Shown: positions 48,396 through 61,500 of the stretch, one piece after another
Layout: every line of letters begins with the position of its first letter
Numbering within the stretch: position 1 is the first letter of the stretch
Assembly (NCBI GenBank): GCA_000708835.1
Contig: DF236972.1
Location: 124,001 to 188,000, forward strand
DNA length: 64,000 bases
Reading direction: 5' to 3'
Source: Klebsormidium nitens
Taxonomy: Eukaryota; Plantae; Klebsormidiophyceae
Program-made: the position numbers and the translations under genes
The notes under the pieces: model-generated
What the model was told of the DNA's origin: nothing
Seen by the model: the letters and a program-made list of their open reading frames with translations, nothing else
Database searches by the model: none

Positions 48396-50248
48396 TTTCT
48401 GAGTGCAGAAGAGGGGTAGTCTTTAGAAAGAGAGGAGATTCTGATTCTGAACGTCTCACAGCGTTTTGCCAGCGCGAGAGACCTTTTGTTGCGACTCTCG
48501 AAGTTGAATCAGAACCTCCTTTTGCTGGTCATATGAATGATTAAGTGGGCTGTCAGCAGAATCGGCATCTTCGAATCGCAACCTGGGTTTCTCATAACCA
48601 GCCAACATGTGAGAAGCTGGTTAGAAGCTGGTCAGTTTGTGGTTAGATACTGGAATGTGCCACACCTGGCAAGACACAAAAGCCTGGTTTAAGTCATGTG
48701 AAGGAAGGCGCGTCCGCGAAGAATATCTGATTAGCGGAAATGAGCAATGAGATGCATGCGCCCTGATAAACGAGAAAGTGGGTCGTCGGCCGTACGGTGT
48801 CTCTCACATTGTCAGAGTCACGGTCAGCGATATTCACATGGAATTTACAGACGGGTCAAGGCAGGGTGATTCAATCTCTGAACTCTCGTGTCGCTGGAAT
48901 TCTCGAAGCTGAGAAGTAGAAGCGGATGCATTGGCGCATGACGAGACGACGCCCTGACTTCTTTCTTAAGTTGATCGTATCTACCATCCACTCTTGTTAT
49001 TCTATTCTCGTGTTCCTGTCGATTTTGCGCATTAGTGACTGCTTCTAAACAGCGTATACAATTCCTCTGATCGATACCCGCTCGTTGCAGGGTTTTTTAT
49101 CCATGGTCAATTGCCAGCTGTCCCGCACGCAAATGCAAGTTTGCGGGCTTGTACAATTACCATTTTGCAGCCAGGCTGCCACAATGCGCCGTGGCATTTG
49201 TAATTGCACGAATTGTATGGAGCACGCTTTCGTACGTACCTGTAAGCTCTACCACGGAATCCGATCGGACAACCTGCACCTCGGAACTCGCTGAGTCACC
49301 TCCAAGCTGGCCTCGCCCAAGACAGCAGCTGCATGTCCGAAGGTCATGCGATCATGCATGATGATCGGATCGTACCGTCGTGCAATCATGGCGCGTGTTA
49401 TACTCGATCGTGGCATGTGCAGGAGGTACTACGGCATGTACTCGTTCCTGACGCAGGACGTGACCCCGACGGTCTAGCGCTCTTTGCATTAGTATGCAAG
49501 CTAGGTACGTGCCCGCTAAATGAGATAAAGCCAACTCCAATTGACTGCAAACACCCTAAGGGCTATAGGCTCACAGGCCTCAGTCAAGCATATGACGATA
49601 CCGCGTCGGCAGACTCACTCAGACAAGTCGACTCTTTAGGACACGCTGGGGCTGCATGGCCGGGCGCAGCACGCGGCTGCCAGATACAAGTGCTGGCATA
49701 CAGTATATATACAGATTATGATTCAATCCGACCAAAAGCATTCTTGTTACCATAACGTACCTGCACATGCTGGCGCAGCTGAGCGTGTGTGCATGGCCGC
49801 GGCGCACCTCGTACAAGTTGGACAGATCTTGTGTCAGAGCCGAATTCTTAATGGCCCAATGGCCCAGCGACAAACCTTGGCAGGCACTGATTCTGTTTGG
49901 CCGGCGAGGGGTGCTCAGGCTCACACAGAAGTGCGGCCTGACACAAGTGCAAACACCTTCTGTCACCTTCTTGTAGCAGGTTCGTGGTCTGGAAATGCTT
50001 ATCGGATTCATATATCAATCAGGCGCGTCACTGAATCTGCAGACTACTCTAAGAGTAAACCAATCTTGAACCATCTGTACAGAAGTGTAGAATAATAAGG
50101 AAGCAGGTATGCACAATTTGGTAGCACCTCCAGGGTGCACAACCCGTTTGCAAACCGTTCTTCGTCCATCATTAGAGCACCGTTGGCAAGTTCGCTATAC
50201 CCCTTCCAACGCCCTATAGTGGAACTTGCGCTGCTATGTGGGCCGCTT

Positions 50249-53200
50249 TCACGGACTTCCCATCCCGGGCGACTCGGGATCCTCTTCCAAGTTTCCGATC
50301 AGCGCTTTCGTGTACTCGGTTGTCGTCGACTTGCCGCCTAGATCTCCAGTGCGGTACTTCCCCTCCCCGATCGTCTTGAGCACCGATGCATGGATCCGGT
50401 CCGCGTACTTGTCCAGCCCCATGTGCTTCAACATCATGACGCCGCTCAGCAGAAGAGCGGTCGGGTTTGCCTTATTCTGCAATAGATATTCAGTAACGTT
50501 AGCTACGTGTTTCACAAGTTATGACGAGTGGCCTCGCCGGTTTGAAACAACGATCCAATAAAGTTTCAGCAGAGTGTTAGAGTTGCAGCGAACCGGCTTC
50601 TTCTGCAACGACAGAAGAAAGCTTCACCTAAGCGTTTTGCGGGCACTACAAGGAGGGAACTCCTTATGACGAGCCCTAATAAGTGCATGTCTGTCAAAGA
50701 ACCTCAATGGGGAGTCGCTTTTCGAAATGTTGGTTGAGAAACGATGCTGTCATTGCCTTTCAAGAGAGCGAGATAAAACGAGGGCGCAATTGATCGATGA
50801 CGTTATCCATCACCCTAGCGCCGAGTGCGCGTTCGCCCAGGAAGACAGTTAATATACTCCTGCTTAGGCCTTCCAACGAAAAGCATTCTCGGGGAATAGT
50901 ACTTCCGTGCGGCGCCATATCCTTTCCTCCTCGAGAGCGGACGGGAAAAACATTGGGATGCGGACGAACCGCATGGAAGAAGGGCGTACCTGTCCGGCAA
51001 TGTCCGGCGCAGTGCCGTGGACAGCCTCCATGAGCGCCAAGCCGTCCTTACCGATGTTGCCGCTGCACGAAACGCGCAAAGCAGAAAAAAATCCGTCAGA
51101 AGCGCACTTGTTGTGTCCGCTTTGCTGTCTGCACCTTTCCGCGTTGCCCACTATAAAACTAACCACTAATAACTCGCTTCTATAGGTGCCACCGCACGAG
51201 AGATTGGGTCGAAAACCGCGTGGCAGGTTTCGTAAGCTCATGGTCGTGCTTGTCCCGTTTGCTGAAACCCTTTTTCCGCTGCAACCCTTTTTCCGCTGCA
51301 ACCAAATTTCTGACAGATCATCCAGCCAGCCGATGCCAATTGCGCAAACTCAGTTCACCAAGTCCCACTTGATCCGACAGAAACCTAGAAGAAGCTCTCC
51401 CAATCAAAGTGCACGGTTGAAATCTGGAAAGGTCCAGGCAGGGTGGTGTATCAGTTACCTGGGGGTCAGTCCGAGGCCACCGATAAGACCCGCGCACAGG
51501 TCACTGATGATGTCACCGTACAGGTTGGGCATAACCAGCACATCGAAGAGGCCGGGGTTCTTGACGAGCTGCAACAACGGCGAGGAAGAGAGGCTTTCGT
51601 CAGAGGGATTTGCTGAGATAACAAACGTTTCGGAAGGCTGTTCAGGGGAAGAAGATAATGGTGGATGCTGGTGTCAAAACGATGGGATTGCATCTGTTTG
51701 AGAACCGGCCGTTGTGACGTCACGAGCATCCACGACTTCCCTCGATGCCTTGCACTAAAAACCTGGTCGTAAAGGGCGTGCTTTCGTGGCTCGGAAGCAC
51801 CGGTCTATTCGTTGCCAGCATTTTCCACAAGTGTCCCCAAACAACAGCTGGACGAGGCGACCAAAAGAGTTGTGGTCTTCAGCTTGTAGGGACCAGAACT
51901 CGATGTGTGCGCGAACTAGGTAAGAGAGCGACCTACGATATGCTCTCTTGCAAAGTCTTGGCAGCCTTTCTAGATCGACTTTCTCGAAGGACTATTAAAC
52001 TGCCAGTAATAAGACAGGGAAGTAGGAAAAAGGCATCCGTCAACCGTGTTCGTGGCAGGTAGGAATCAGGCACTTCGAACGGCGCATAAACGGCCTACCA
52101 TCATGCAGCAGTTGTCGATGATGACCTCCTCGTAAGCGATCTCCGGGTACTTCTCCGACACCTCCCGGCAGCACTGCATGAGCGTCGGGAAAGAACAGCT
52201 TCAAATGACGTCAGACTCAAGCTGCTGACACAGCCTGCGGCGAGAAAGGACTTTCAGCACCAACGGTTACGGCACTTGTCCAAAAACAAATCCCTGAACA
52301 AGGGGTTCTAAGGGCAAGGCATACAGTGTTTCAAGCGCTGTGCCAATAATAGGGGATACAATGACAGGCCCTTTTTTGAATCGATGAGGGCGTCTGCAAA
52401 CAACTCATGCACCATAAAATGGCGGTCGGAAAGACGCAACGGCGAGGAAACTGAGAGCCGTGATCAGAGACCATGCTGGACGATTAGCGATTGGAAACGC
52501 ACAGTTCCCGAAATCAGCTGAAACAGACAGGAAAAGTCGACCAGAAGTAAACATCGTGAAAGCAAGATCGGGAAGCAGCTTTACCTGCAAGAATAGGCCG
52601 TCGCTCATGCGCATGATGTTCGCCTTGTGGATGGCAGACACGCGCTCCCGGTTGTTGGTAGCCGCATACTCAAAAGCATACTCCGCTACACGCATGCTTG
52701 CGGCGCGCGTGATGATCTTCAGGCTCTCCACCACTCCCGGAATGACCTGCACAATGGGGCGGGGCGAAGTGTTTAGGTGGGGCGCAAATGGGAGGACCTT
52801 TCTTCCCAGAGTGTAAGCGTCTTCGGCTGGAAATGATCTGCATTATGTTTAAACAGCCAGATGCATTGCTCGTGGTTAACTCTAGAAGTCAACAGGGACA
52901 ATATCAGTTTTGACCAACTTTGATTCTACTCTCATCTGAAATTTGCAATCTGTTTTCTCGCACCATAACTTATCAACTCCTGCAGTGAACACAACTACCC
53001 AAGCCTTCCGGTCGGCCGTAATTTGGTCCATTTGTACTTATTTTAAGTAAGATGGCCGCGAGTCCAATCGATCACTCACATGCCCCAAGGCAGCTTCTTT
53101 GCTTTGGTCACGCTTCACAGACTTTCAAACCATTCCTCTACTTCCAATTCCACCCACCTGGTGCTCTAGCCCGCTGTACTCCCCCTCCGTGTTCTCCCGA

Positions 53201-54790
53201 ATCGTCACTAGATCCACGTTGTCATACCGCGTCTTGTACCCCGGCAAACTGAGGCACGGCCGGACGTTCGCATACAGCCCCAGTTCCTTCCGCAGCGTCA
53301 GATTGAGCGATTTGTGGCCCTTTCCGATGGGCGTCGCCATCGGGCCTTTCAGCCCTATCTTGTTGCGGAGCACGGACTCCATGCTCTCTTTGGTGATGAA
53401 GCTGCCTGTGCGCGGGTCGACCTCTTTGCCGACATAGTGCTCTTCCCACTCGATCGGGGCGCCCGCCGCAGAGAACACCTGCAATGTGAAGTTCCAAAGG
53501 GTTTGGGGCTACCGCTTTTCATGCTCCCCTCGGGTATACTAAGTGGGGGTCAATGTCTTTCCTAAAATGTTGTTCATTCCAGGGAATTGGCGCAGCCGCA
53601 GCAACAAAAACCTGCAAGAAGGACTTGACGCTGTGATGAGGCCGTTTTTCTTAAGCCAGTCTTTTGACGTGAGGCCATTCTCTTGGATCTGAAGAGAGAT
53701 TGGAGGACAGGACTTGAGGATTTCACTCAGAAGGACAGACCTGTTGACGTAATTGCACGAGTGTTAAGATCGTACCAAAGGACTTAGCGGAATGCACAGA
53801 AAGATGGCTGCAATGACTAGATCCATGCTTACAAGATACACAGTACTCATGTAGACAATTTTCTGGCGTTTGAAGGGCCTGTCAGGCTAAACAAGCTGTT
53901 AGTGAACATATAGCCATGGCAACAATGAGCCTTTAAGGTGTGTTTCCCAAAGGACTGATCATACAGATTTCAAAGCAGCATTTTGAAAGGGAGCTTTGAA
54001 CGAAAGCAGAGTCCCACATTCTGCAAAGAGGAATGCACTAGGCAACCAACCAAACCCAATATGGGAACATAGCAGCGACGAATGCTGGTCGCAATCTGCA
54101 AATTGACGACTGGTGCTGACAAAGTGAGATAGTATTCCCGATGAAATCTCGGCAGTGCCCTTGCTGTAGCGCAAAGGGGCAATCTGCATAGCTGGGTTGC
54201 AGCATTGCATGATCAGTGCAGCACAGCGGTGAAGGTGTTGTTTGCAAGCCATTGAGAATGTGTCGCATTGCATGCAGGTTGCTTTTGATTTTCAGGTACA
54301 GCCATGATCCGCAGGTCTTACCTGGCCTCATAGGTGCAAGAAAATCTGACAGAGGTAAGAGCTGGTCCTCATACTTGTCTTTTAACGACTTCTAGATATA
54401 ATTGATATCTGGACAACGGATACCAAGTCCAGGCAATTGAGCGGATGAATGCAGACCCGTAAGATCCCTAGATTTTCCAAAGTAGCTCTAGCTCTTTGAG
54501 GAAAAGCGAGTCCGATCACAATGTTCCGTCTGACAGATCCTCTCTTATCGACCCGTGCGAATGCAGCAAACTCATGAATAATAAACGCAATCGTGGCAAT
54601 CCTTCTTTACCTGCTTCACCGCTTCTGCAATCTCCGGCCCAATCCCATCTCCAGGGAAAAGTGTGGCTGTGTATGTCTCTTGTTCTGCAGCGGCGGCAGA
54701 GAATCCCCGATGCGAGAGCAGCGAAGCACTTCCGAGCCTGACCGATGGAACGAGGGACTTCAGGGCCGCCCCCGCTTGGCGCAAAGCCAT
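50249..54790 (-). CDS. IDH: Mitochondrial NAD-dependent isocitrate dehydrogenase, catalytic subunit (IDH5/IDH3-alpha type)
   Basis: Exons 54611-54790, 53158-53478, 52585-52746, 52099-52173, 51459-51568, 50990-51062, 50249-50476. Presequence-like N-terminus, [101 protein letters not shown]. Confidence 0.97.
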
Positions 54791-54943
54791 GTTTGATAGC
54801 TGGATCTATGCACCTCAGCAGATCTGTTCCTCAGCAAAGAAGGCCGAAGAATTTTAGAAAAGAGCGCCCTTCTTGAGGGGTTGGATTGAGCAGCTTCTTT
54901 GTTTTTTGATGAGGGAGAAGCTTCTTTGTCACCGTTTGTTCTC

Positions 54944-54976
54944 AAAACCCTAATCCCTGGCAGCCGGTTTAGGGTT
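54944..54976. promoter_or_regulatory. Pair of inverted telo-box-like motifs in the divergent IDH / large-gene intergenic region
   Basis: aaaaccctaat followed about 12 bp later by gtttagggttt, about 160 bp upstream of the IDH ATG. Confidence 0.4.
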
Positions 54977-55522
54977 TGTGCTTTGGAATACGAAAAGGTC
55001 CGTTTGAACCGTCGATGTTTGTCCAATTTCAAAACGGTTGCTATCTGACGGCCAGACTGACCTCGGGAGTCTCGGATTTTCTGTCAGCTCATCTGATCAT
55101 GCATTGATGCAAGTGCTTCCTCGCTTGCAAATTCTGTGCACTTGTTGCTGAGATCAGCTGAAGAGCCTGCACTGCTTCAAAGATTTTTTGTGATTCAGAC
55201 TCTCATGGAGTCTCATCACTGTAGGCTTTGATTCAGGGGCCCAAGGATTGACGATGGGCACAACCCTGTTTCAAAGCATCAAAGGCAGACGTCATGCACT
55301 TTTTACAAGAGGGAGAGCGCGCTAAGGAACGAACAACAGGTTTGCTTCTTCAGTGCAGTAAGAAGCGACAACAAGAGACTGCACTGGCTTTGAGGAGCTG
55401 GAGAAGGTCCCTTATATCTGCTGAAGCGTATGCGACCAGGAATCGGGGTCTTCCCAGAGTGGGTGTGAGCACGTCCATGTAATGGGGCCTCGCACGTGAG
55501 TCGCAGCAAAGTTGATCCAAGC

Positions 55523-58500
55523 ATGGAGGGCAACAAGAGAGGAGAGACTTTTCGCCCGGTGTCCGCCCGAGCTGGGAGCAGGAACAATTCACGACAAGGC
55601 CCAAAACAAACCTCAGAGACAGCTCCTATAGTTGGTAGGAGAATCACCAATCCGACGGTGAGCTGGAACTTGGGCGCCCTAACCGCCCGGGTAACCCAGC
55701 CGGTCAGCGAGTCGGCTGGAGAGCAGCAAGCGGTGTCGGACCAGAGGAGAGAGTCTGCAGGCCTTTTGGGGGCTGAACGAACAGAAGAGGTCCCCTTGGA
55801 ATTAGGGGCGGAGCGAATCTCTGCGCTGGTGGAGGGCAACCGAGAGGCCTTGTATCAGCAGAGGCTGCTCGAGCTGAGGCAGAAGGCGCTGGACATCATG
55901 AACGGAAACAGGGCCTCAGAGTTGCCACCTAGTACAGCCCAAAGGAGTGAGCCAGAACTGGGGAACGGACAGCACATTGTGGCACCACCTGAAGCGAATG
56001 GGATGCGCATTCCGCGCGCAGAGGCTGTGCTGACAACTGCAAAAGTACAGGAGACGGCGGGTAAGAAGCCGGTCCAGAAGTCACCCCCCCAGAAGAAGCA
56101 AATAAAGGCGAATGTCCGGCCGCTCAGCTCGCTACTGAAGGAGAGCCAGGACCGGCTCGCAAACATTCACCGGCTCTTAGACGCGGCCACGGAGGAGTCT
56201 CTCTTTGCGCCGCAACGGCCGCAAACGGAGTCTGCAGAGAAGTGGGATGCGGGAGAAGAAGCGGCTCAAAGCAGGGGGCCTGGAACTCCAGGTAAGTAGC
56301 TGCAAATTCGCTGCCACAAAGGATGGATTTGAACATGCCTGGTAGGTAGTAGCTCGACATTAGCGGCCATAATATTGGGAGTAGAAAGTAGGACTGTTTT
56401 CAAGGGGAAGAACGTAGACGTGACTGTATGATGTCACGCTTCAAACATTGCGCCCAATGGACATCGATTTGAGTAGAGAAGACTTGTGAGGAGACAAGAT
56501 CCTGAAGTGTTGACTTAAGGCTGGCTGTGATGCCCTTTCACAGAGAGTAGCTTAACGATATCATTTCTTCAGGGCAGTTCGCACGTGTCCGTTTTTCGTG
56601 ATCTCCTTGACCCTTGTGCTGGTACGACTGAAGTCAGCCAATCGCTCATGCTTCAATCTGGTTGCAGCACACTGAAGCAGGTAAAAAGCCAGCCCTTCCA
56701 TATCCGTTTGTTATCAAGTACGTAATGGCAGCGCTGAAGGAGCCCATTGACTTGTCATCGCTGATTTCTGACAGCCTCATGGTCCTTGTCACTATTTTCG
56801 CTCGCTTACTCACACCCACTGTTCTCTCTTCGCAGCAGGTGGTTCCATCCCCTTTGTAATCCAACCTGCCGGCCCGCCTCCTGACTATGTGAGCCCTGAG
56901 CTCGTGCACATTATCCAAGCAAACGCCCCAGATCATCTGGACCTAGTTGACCCAACTACCACCCGGAAGGCGAAGCGAGACTCAAATGGCACGTATGAAA
57001 ACGGGGCCCACAGAACGGCTCCAAAATCGCAGCAGTTTGCCCAGGCTCGTCAAGCGAACAGTCCCGTCAGAGTTGGCGCGGTATTGTCAAATGATGGAAA
57101 GCGGAGGAGAGCAGTAGATGCGGCCGGGGATCAGGAACTACGGTTTGTAAGTGGACGGTCCGAACGGGCAGCGAAAGTCGAGGCCCTGCTCGTGAAGATC
57201 CAGGAGCGCAACTCGAAGATTGCAGTGCAGAAGGCTGCGACCGAGGAAGGACGCGCTGCAAATCAGGGCCTTTTGAGGCAATATGGGGGATCCCTTCAGA
57301 ACGCGGGTGCGGATCAGAACCGAGTGGGTAACCGCTCACCGGACAGAGGGCCGGGGGGCTATGGTGACATAAGAGGTGACGAGGGGATGAGCGGTGGGCG
57401 GGCGAGCGTGGTGGGGCGCTCGAGGAGCGCGCCGCATCAGCGGCCGGTCAGTCGCGGGGCGACACCTCGGAAAGGAAGGAGAAGCTCGGACGATTCTGAG
57501 CTGGGCGGTCGGATAGCTACGGACGGCGCCGCTGCTGTGGCGGACGAGAGGGCAGCGGGTCAGAAGCAAACAAAACCAAGGGTCTCTACGGAGGAAGCAT
57601 CGGGTTTGCCAGGAGAAAGGAAAGCGGCATGGGCGGAGAAAGCAAGCGGCAAGCTAAAACCAAAGCGGAAGTTTGCGGGGACCCGGGCTAGACCAGCCGG
57701 TGTAAATATCCCCGACATCCTCAACCTCCAGGGGCCTGGAACCGTTTCTGGGGGCGTGGAAGTTGGCGAAAAGGCGTCCGGAGCTGTGCTCAGCACAGGG
57801 GTCAGTACGTCTGTTAGACTGACCGAGTTCGGACAGTCCGTAACCAGCCCAACGCTGTCCGGATGGTCGCAGGACGAGGTGGGGGTCGAGCATACGTGGC
57901 TGTACAGTGCGAACAGCCACGGGCTTGCTGTGAATAAGGGGGATGCTCACGGCATCGCGGAACAAGGCCTTGTCGGAGCAGAGGCGGGGCCGGCAGGAAG
58001 GAGTGTTTTTAATAACGCTGGGCCAAAACAGGGCCTGGCGAGTCTGGCGCAAGCTGCAACTGAAGGCCCTGTTCTTGCTGGGGTCGGCGAGCGGCCTGCA
58101 TTTTACCCTGGGGAGTTAAGGAGAGGCGGGGTAGAACAGGGCCTTGAGGAAGGAGGCCAGCTGGCAAGCCCGCTCGTGCAAACGTTCGCTCTCGGAAGGG
58201 GCCTACCGACACAGGTTCCGAACGAGTTGGACAATTCGAATTGGGGGGGTGCAGAAAGTGCGAAAACCGCCCCTCTGGTTGGTGTGCTGGTGAACGGGGG
58301 GATCCCCTCTGTTCTCGGTCCGGCGAATGCGGGGACAACCGTCGGCATCGCACTCGCCGGTATCCAGGAGAAAGCCCGAGAACAGGTCCGGTCGGCGCTC
58401 GCGAAACGGCCGCAAAGCGCGCCGAGTGTGAAACGGCCCAGTCAAAATTCCAAACCCCAGTCCGTGCCCCAGCCGCACCCCATCTTCGGGGCTCGTTCTC

Positions 58501-61500
58501 ACCCCTTCCTTCGAGCGCCCCCCTCCAAGGGCCCGTTCACACCCCCTTCGCAGCTCAGTGTGAACAGGCCCCCGGGCGAGCGAAGGAAGAGCACCGGGGG
58601 GGCTGATTTGGCGGGAGCAAAGCGACCCCTATCTGCGCAGAGCCGGTTGGGAGGGGAGGAGGCGCAAGAGTTGGGAACGCGAAAGAGTCGGCTGAGTGGA
58701 GAACGTTTGGACGAGGTAGGTGGAGATTCACCATCCCCGATTGCAAAACTGGGCTTATTGGGAAAGATCGTGGTTTCAGATTGAGGTTCTGGAATTGCTT
58801 ATTGCGAGGACTCTGGATTCTGTGTCCTTCAAGCTGCTGGTTTCAGGCGTCTTCAGGCCTCGATGTCAGACCTTGCCTTTGAGCGGAGTGTTCTACTCAT
58901 TATCGCTTGTACTCTCGAACTTGAATCTGTCGGATCCTCCTTGAGCCTTTCGACGGCTTGAAGTGAATCCAACTTATCAAATGCGGACGCTTAGAACCTG
59001 CCTCATACGTCGTCGTGGCAGATTAAGCAGATGAGATGTTGTGAATCTTGCAAACGAAGCGACGCCGGTTGTCATGCGCAGGTGCGTGCCTTCATGATTG
59101 CCCAGCAAAAGGCTCGCAAAACGCAGGAAGCGAGGGAACGCGAGATGCGGCGTGCGGCCGAGGAGGAGCGGTCGAAACAGCTCAAGGCCCTCGAGCAACA
59201 CTATCCGAAAGGTCCGCTGCCTTACTTTCCACTTTTGTCAGAGCTTACACGAGACCCTGTTTGTTCAGGTTGGTGGACTGTGGGTCCCGTCAGGCAAATG
59301 TCTGTTTTACATTCTTCGCGTGCAGGCTTCCTTGTCAGATTTCGACTTGTTTTAACCGCAGGTAGCAACAGGGTTACTGGCCTGCCAGCTTTTGGTCGCT
59401 TCCTTGCCAAATGCTCTTATTACCAGTTTATTTATGCTATTATTACCACGTTATCTGCGTTGTCATCATGCAGCAGCTCTCTCTTCTCGGCCGTTCGATG
59501 GGACATTAGGCCCACTGTAGCCTGAGCGCTTCTCCTCAGACTGCTCTTGGGATGGCGTATAACCCTCAGATACTGCCATTTGTATCTGTTCCTTCTCCTT
59601 TGCTTTCTCACTTTCTGATCCTTCCCTTGCTCCTTTTCCGTCTTCCTTGTGATCTGGTTTTCACGTTCAGAAGAAGGCCACGTGTGTAAGCCCTGTCCCC
59701 CTCCATTTGCAGTCTCTCCAAAGCCCTCCCCGCCTAAGACCCGCCCCGACTGGAACACCTCCGTCACGCCCCCCGAGCACACCCCTCCTCCACAGCAAAA
59801 CGACCACCCCGAGACGGACAGCGTGCTAGCTGAGCAAGGGACCGTTCTTGGAGAAGACCCGGAAAACATCGCTACCAGAATTTCCGCAAAGACCTCTGTT
59901 CCACGCCCCGGAATCGCGCCCCACAATTCGGTCCTCAACGCAGCCAGCAAGCCGGGGTTGAGCATTCTTCCAGGTTCTGCGCCGGGTTTCGCTGCGGGGT
60001 TCACGGGGGTTTCGACAGTGGTTAGGCGAGCAGGGACGAGGGTTCAGCCGTTGCCTAGCAAGACGGCTTTGAAAGTATCAACCGCAGAATCAGTGGAGGC
60101 GACTCTCAAGTCGTGGGTAGGGGGCCACGCGGTAAAGCGGCCGCCGAGCGAAGCCACTAAACCCCTCATAAGCCCTGCGAGGAGCCCGGTAACCCGAGCC
60201 AAACCTCCGGCAAACCCTTCTGGGGTCCAGGCTGTGAGAAGCCCTGTCCGAGACTCTCGACCCGTCCGAAACGCTGACCGCGTTCCAAATTCTGAGACTG
60301 TCCGGAAACCTCAGCTCGTTCGAACGTCCGAGACCGTCCAAAGCCCCGAAAACGTACGATTTCTCGAGTCCTCACAACACCTCGAACCCGTCCGAAAGTT
60401 GGCTGATCTCAGTGGGGCTCCTGTACACCTTCTGAGTTTTGCCACTTTGGCCAACCTAGAGACGCCGATGACGTCAGCTTGGTCCGAGGGACTGGCGCTG
60501 ATATCAGCAGGGGTCGGGGAGGGAGCGGAGCTGGCGGGTGACGACATTGTGGAGCCTGAGAAGTCTGTTGGGGGCATCGGACTGGGCGCAAATATTGGGA
60601 CGCCTGAGAGACTTGCCCCAAGAGCAGAGTCGCTGGGCGCAGTTCCTGAAACCGTGCTGCAAACAGGCTGGTTAGATCCAGGGTTTGCGGCTAACCCATC
60701 AGCAAGCGCAGAAGAGATTGGGGACCGAAGAAGGCCATCTTTGACCGTAGACATCACGGGCGCGGTTGCGGACGCGGTCGGGGTGGCTCTGTCCGGAAGG
60801 GCGACCATGTCGGGGCGGAAGAGAGGGGAGGCAGTCGAGGAGGAGCGGCCGCGGTCGCCGATTCCGGACGCGAAGGCGCGGCTGGCGATGATGAAAGAGT
60901 ACGGACGTCAGCAGGTGCGTCGGAGGGCACCCCTCAGAAGACAATTGTTTCTCGGACTGTTGCTGAGGTGACTCCAAAATGAGTTTGACTCCACGCGAAA
61001 GGGGTCGGTGATAGGTGCCTCAGATGAGTCCTATCGGAGTTGGTTCAACAAGCTTTGATCTACCGCTTTTGATTTCAGGCCTTCTCTGCTGATTGTGATG
61101 CCTGCGCAGCTTGAGTTGTAGTATGCGCATTGGAAGTCTTGGAACTCTAAAACCTTGAAAACTAAAACGAAGATTCTCGTTGCAGCATGGCCTTAGGATC
61201 CGAGCTTTTGCAGCCTGGCCTTGTTTCTAAACGCATTAGTTTTTTACTTGAGTTTCACGGGCTCATTGGCGGGCAGAAGCCCCCTCAACTCCCAGGATGC
61301 AGATTGAAATGCTGTTCGTATGCTCGGAATCTGAACAAGAATGCTCGGAATCTAAACTACCGTACCTGTATTTGATTTCGGCGAAAAATAAATAATTATT
61401 TGGCCGGCTGAAATTTTCAGAAATTATCTTGGGGCGATAATGGTTCGATAATGGTTGTTTTAGCAGGTAACGTCAAGCCTGCTGAAAGGAATAAAAGTTT

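Noticed and set aside
56668-56680. Possible 13-nt microexon (gttgcag|CACACTGAAGCAG|gtaaaa)
   Set aside because: In the required phase it introduces a stop codon; the flanking exons join without it.
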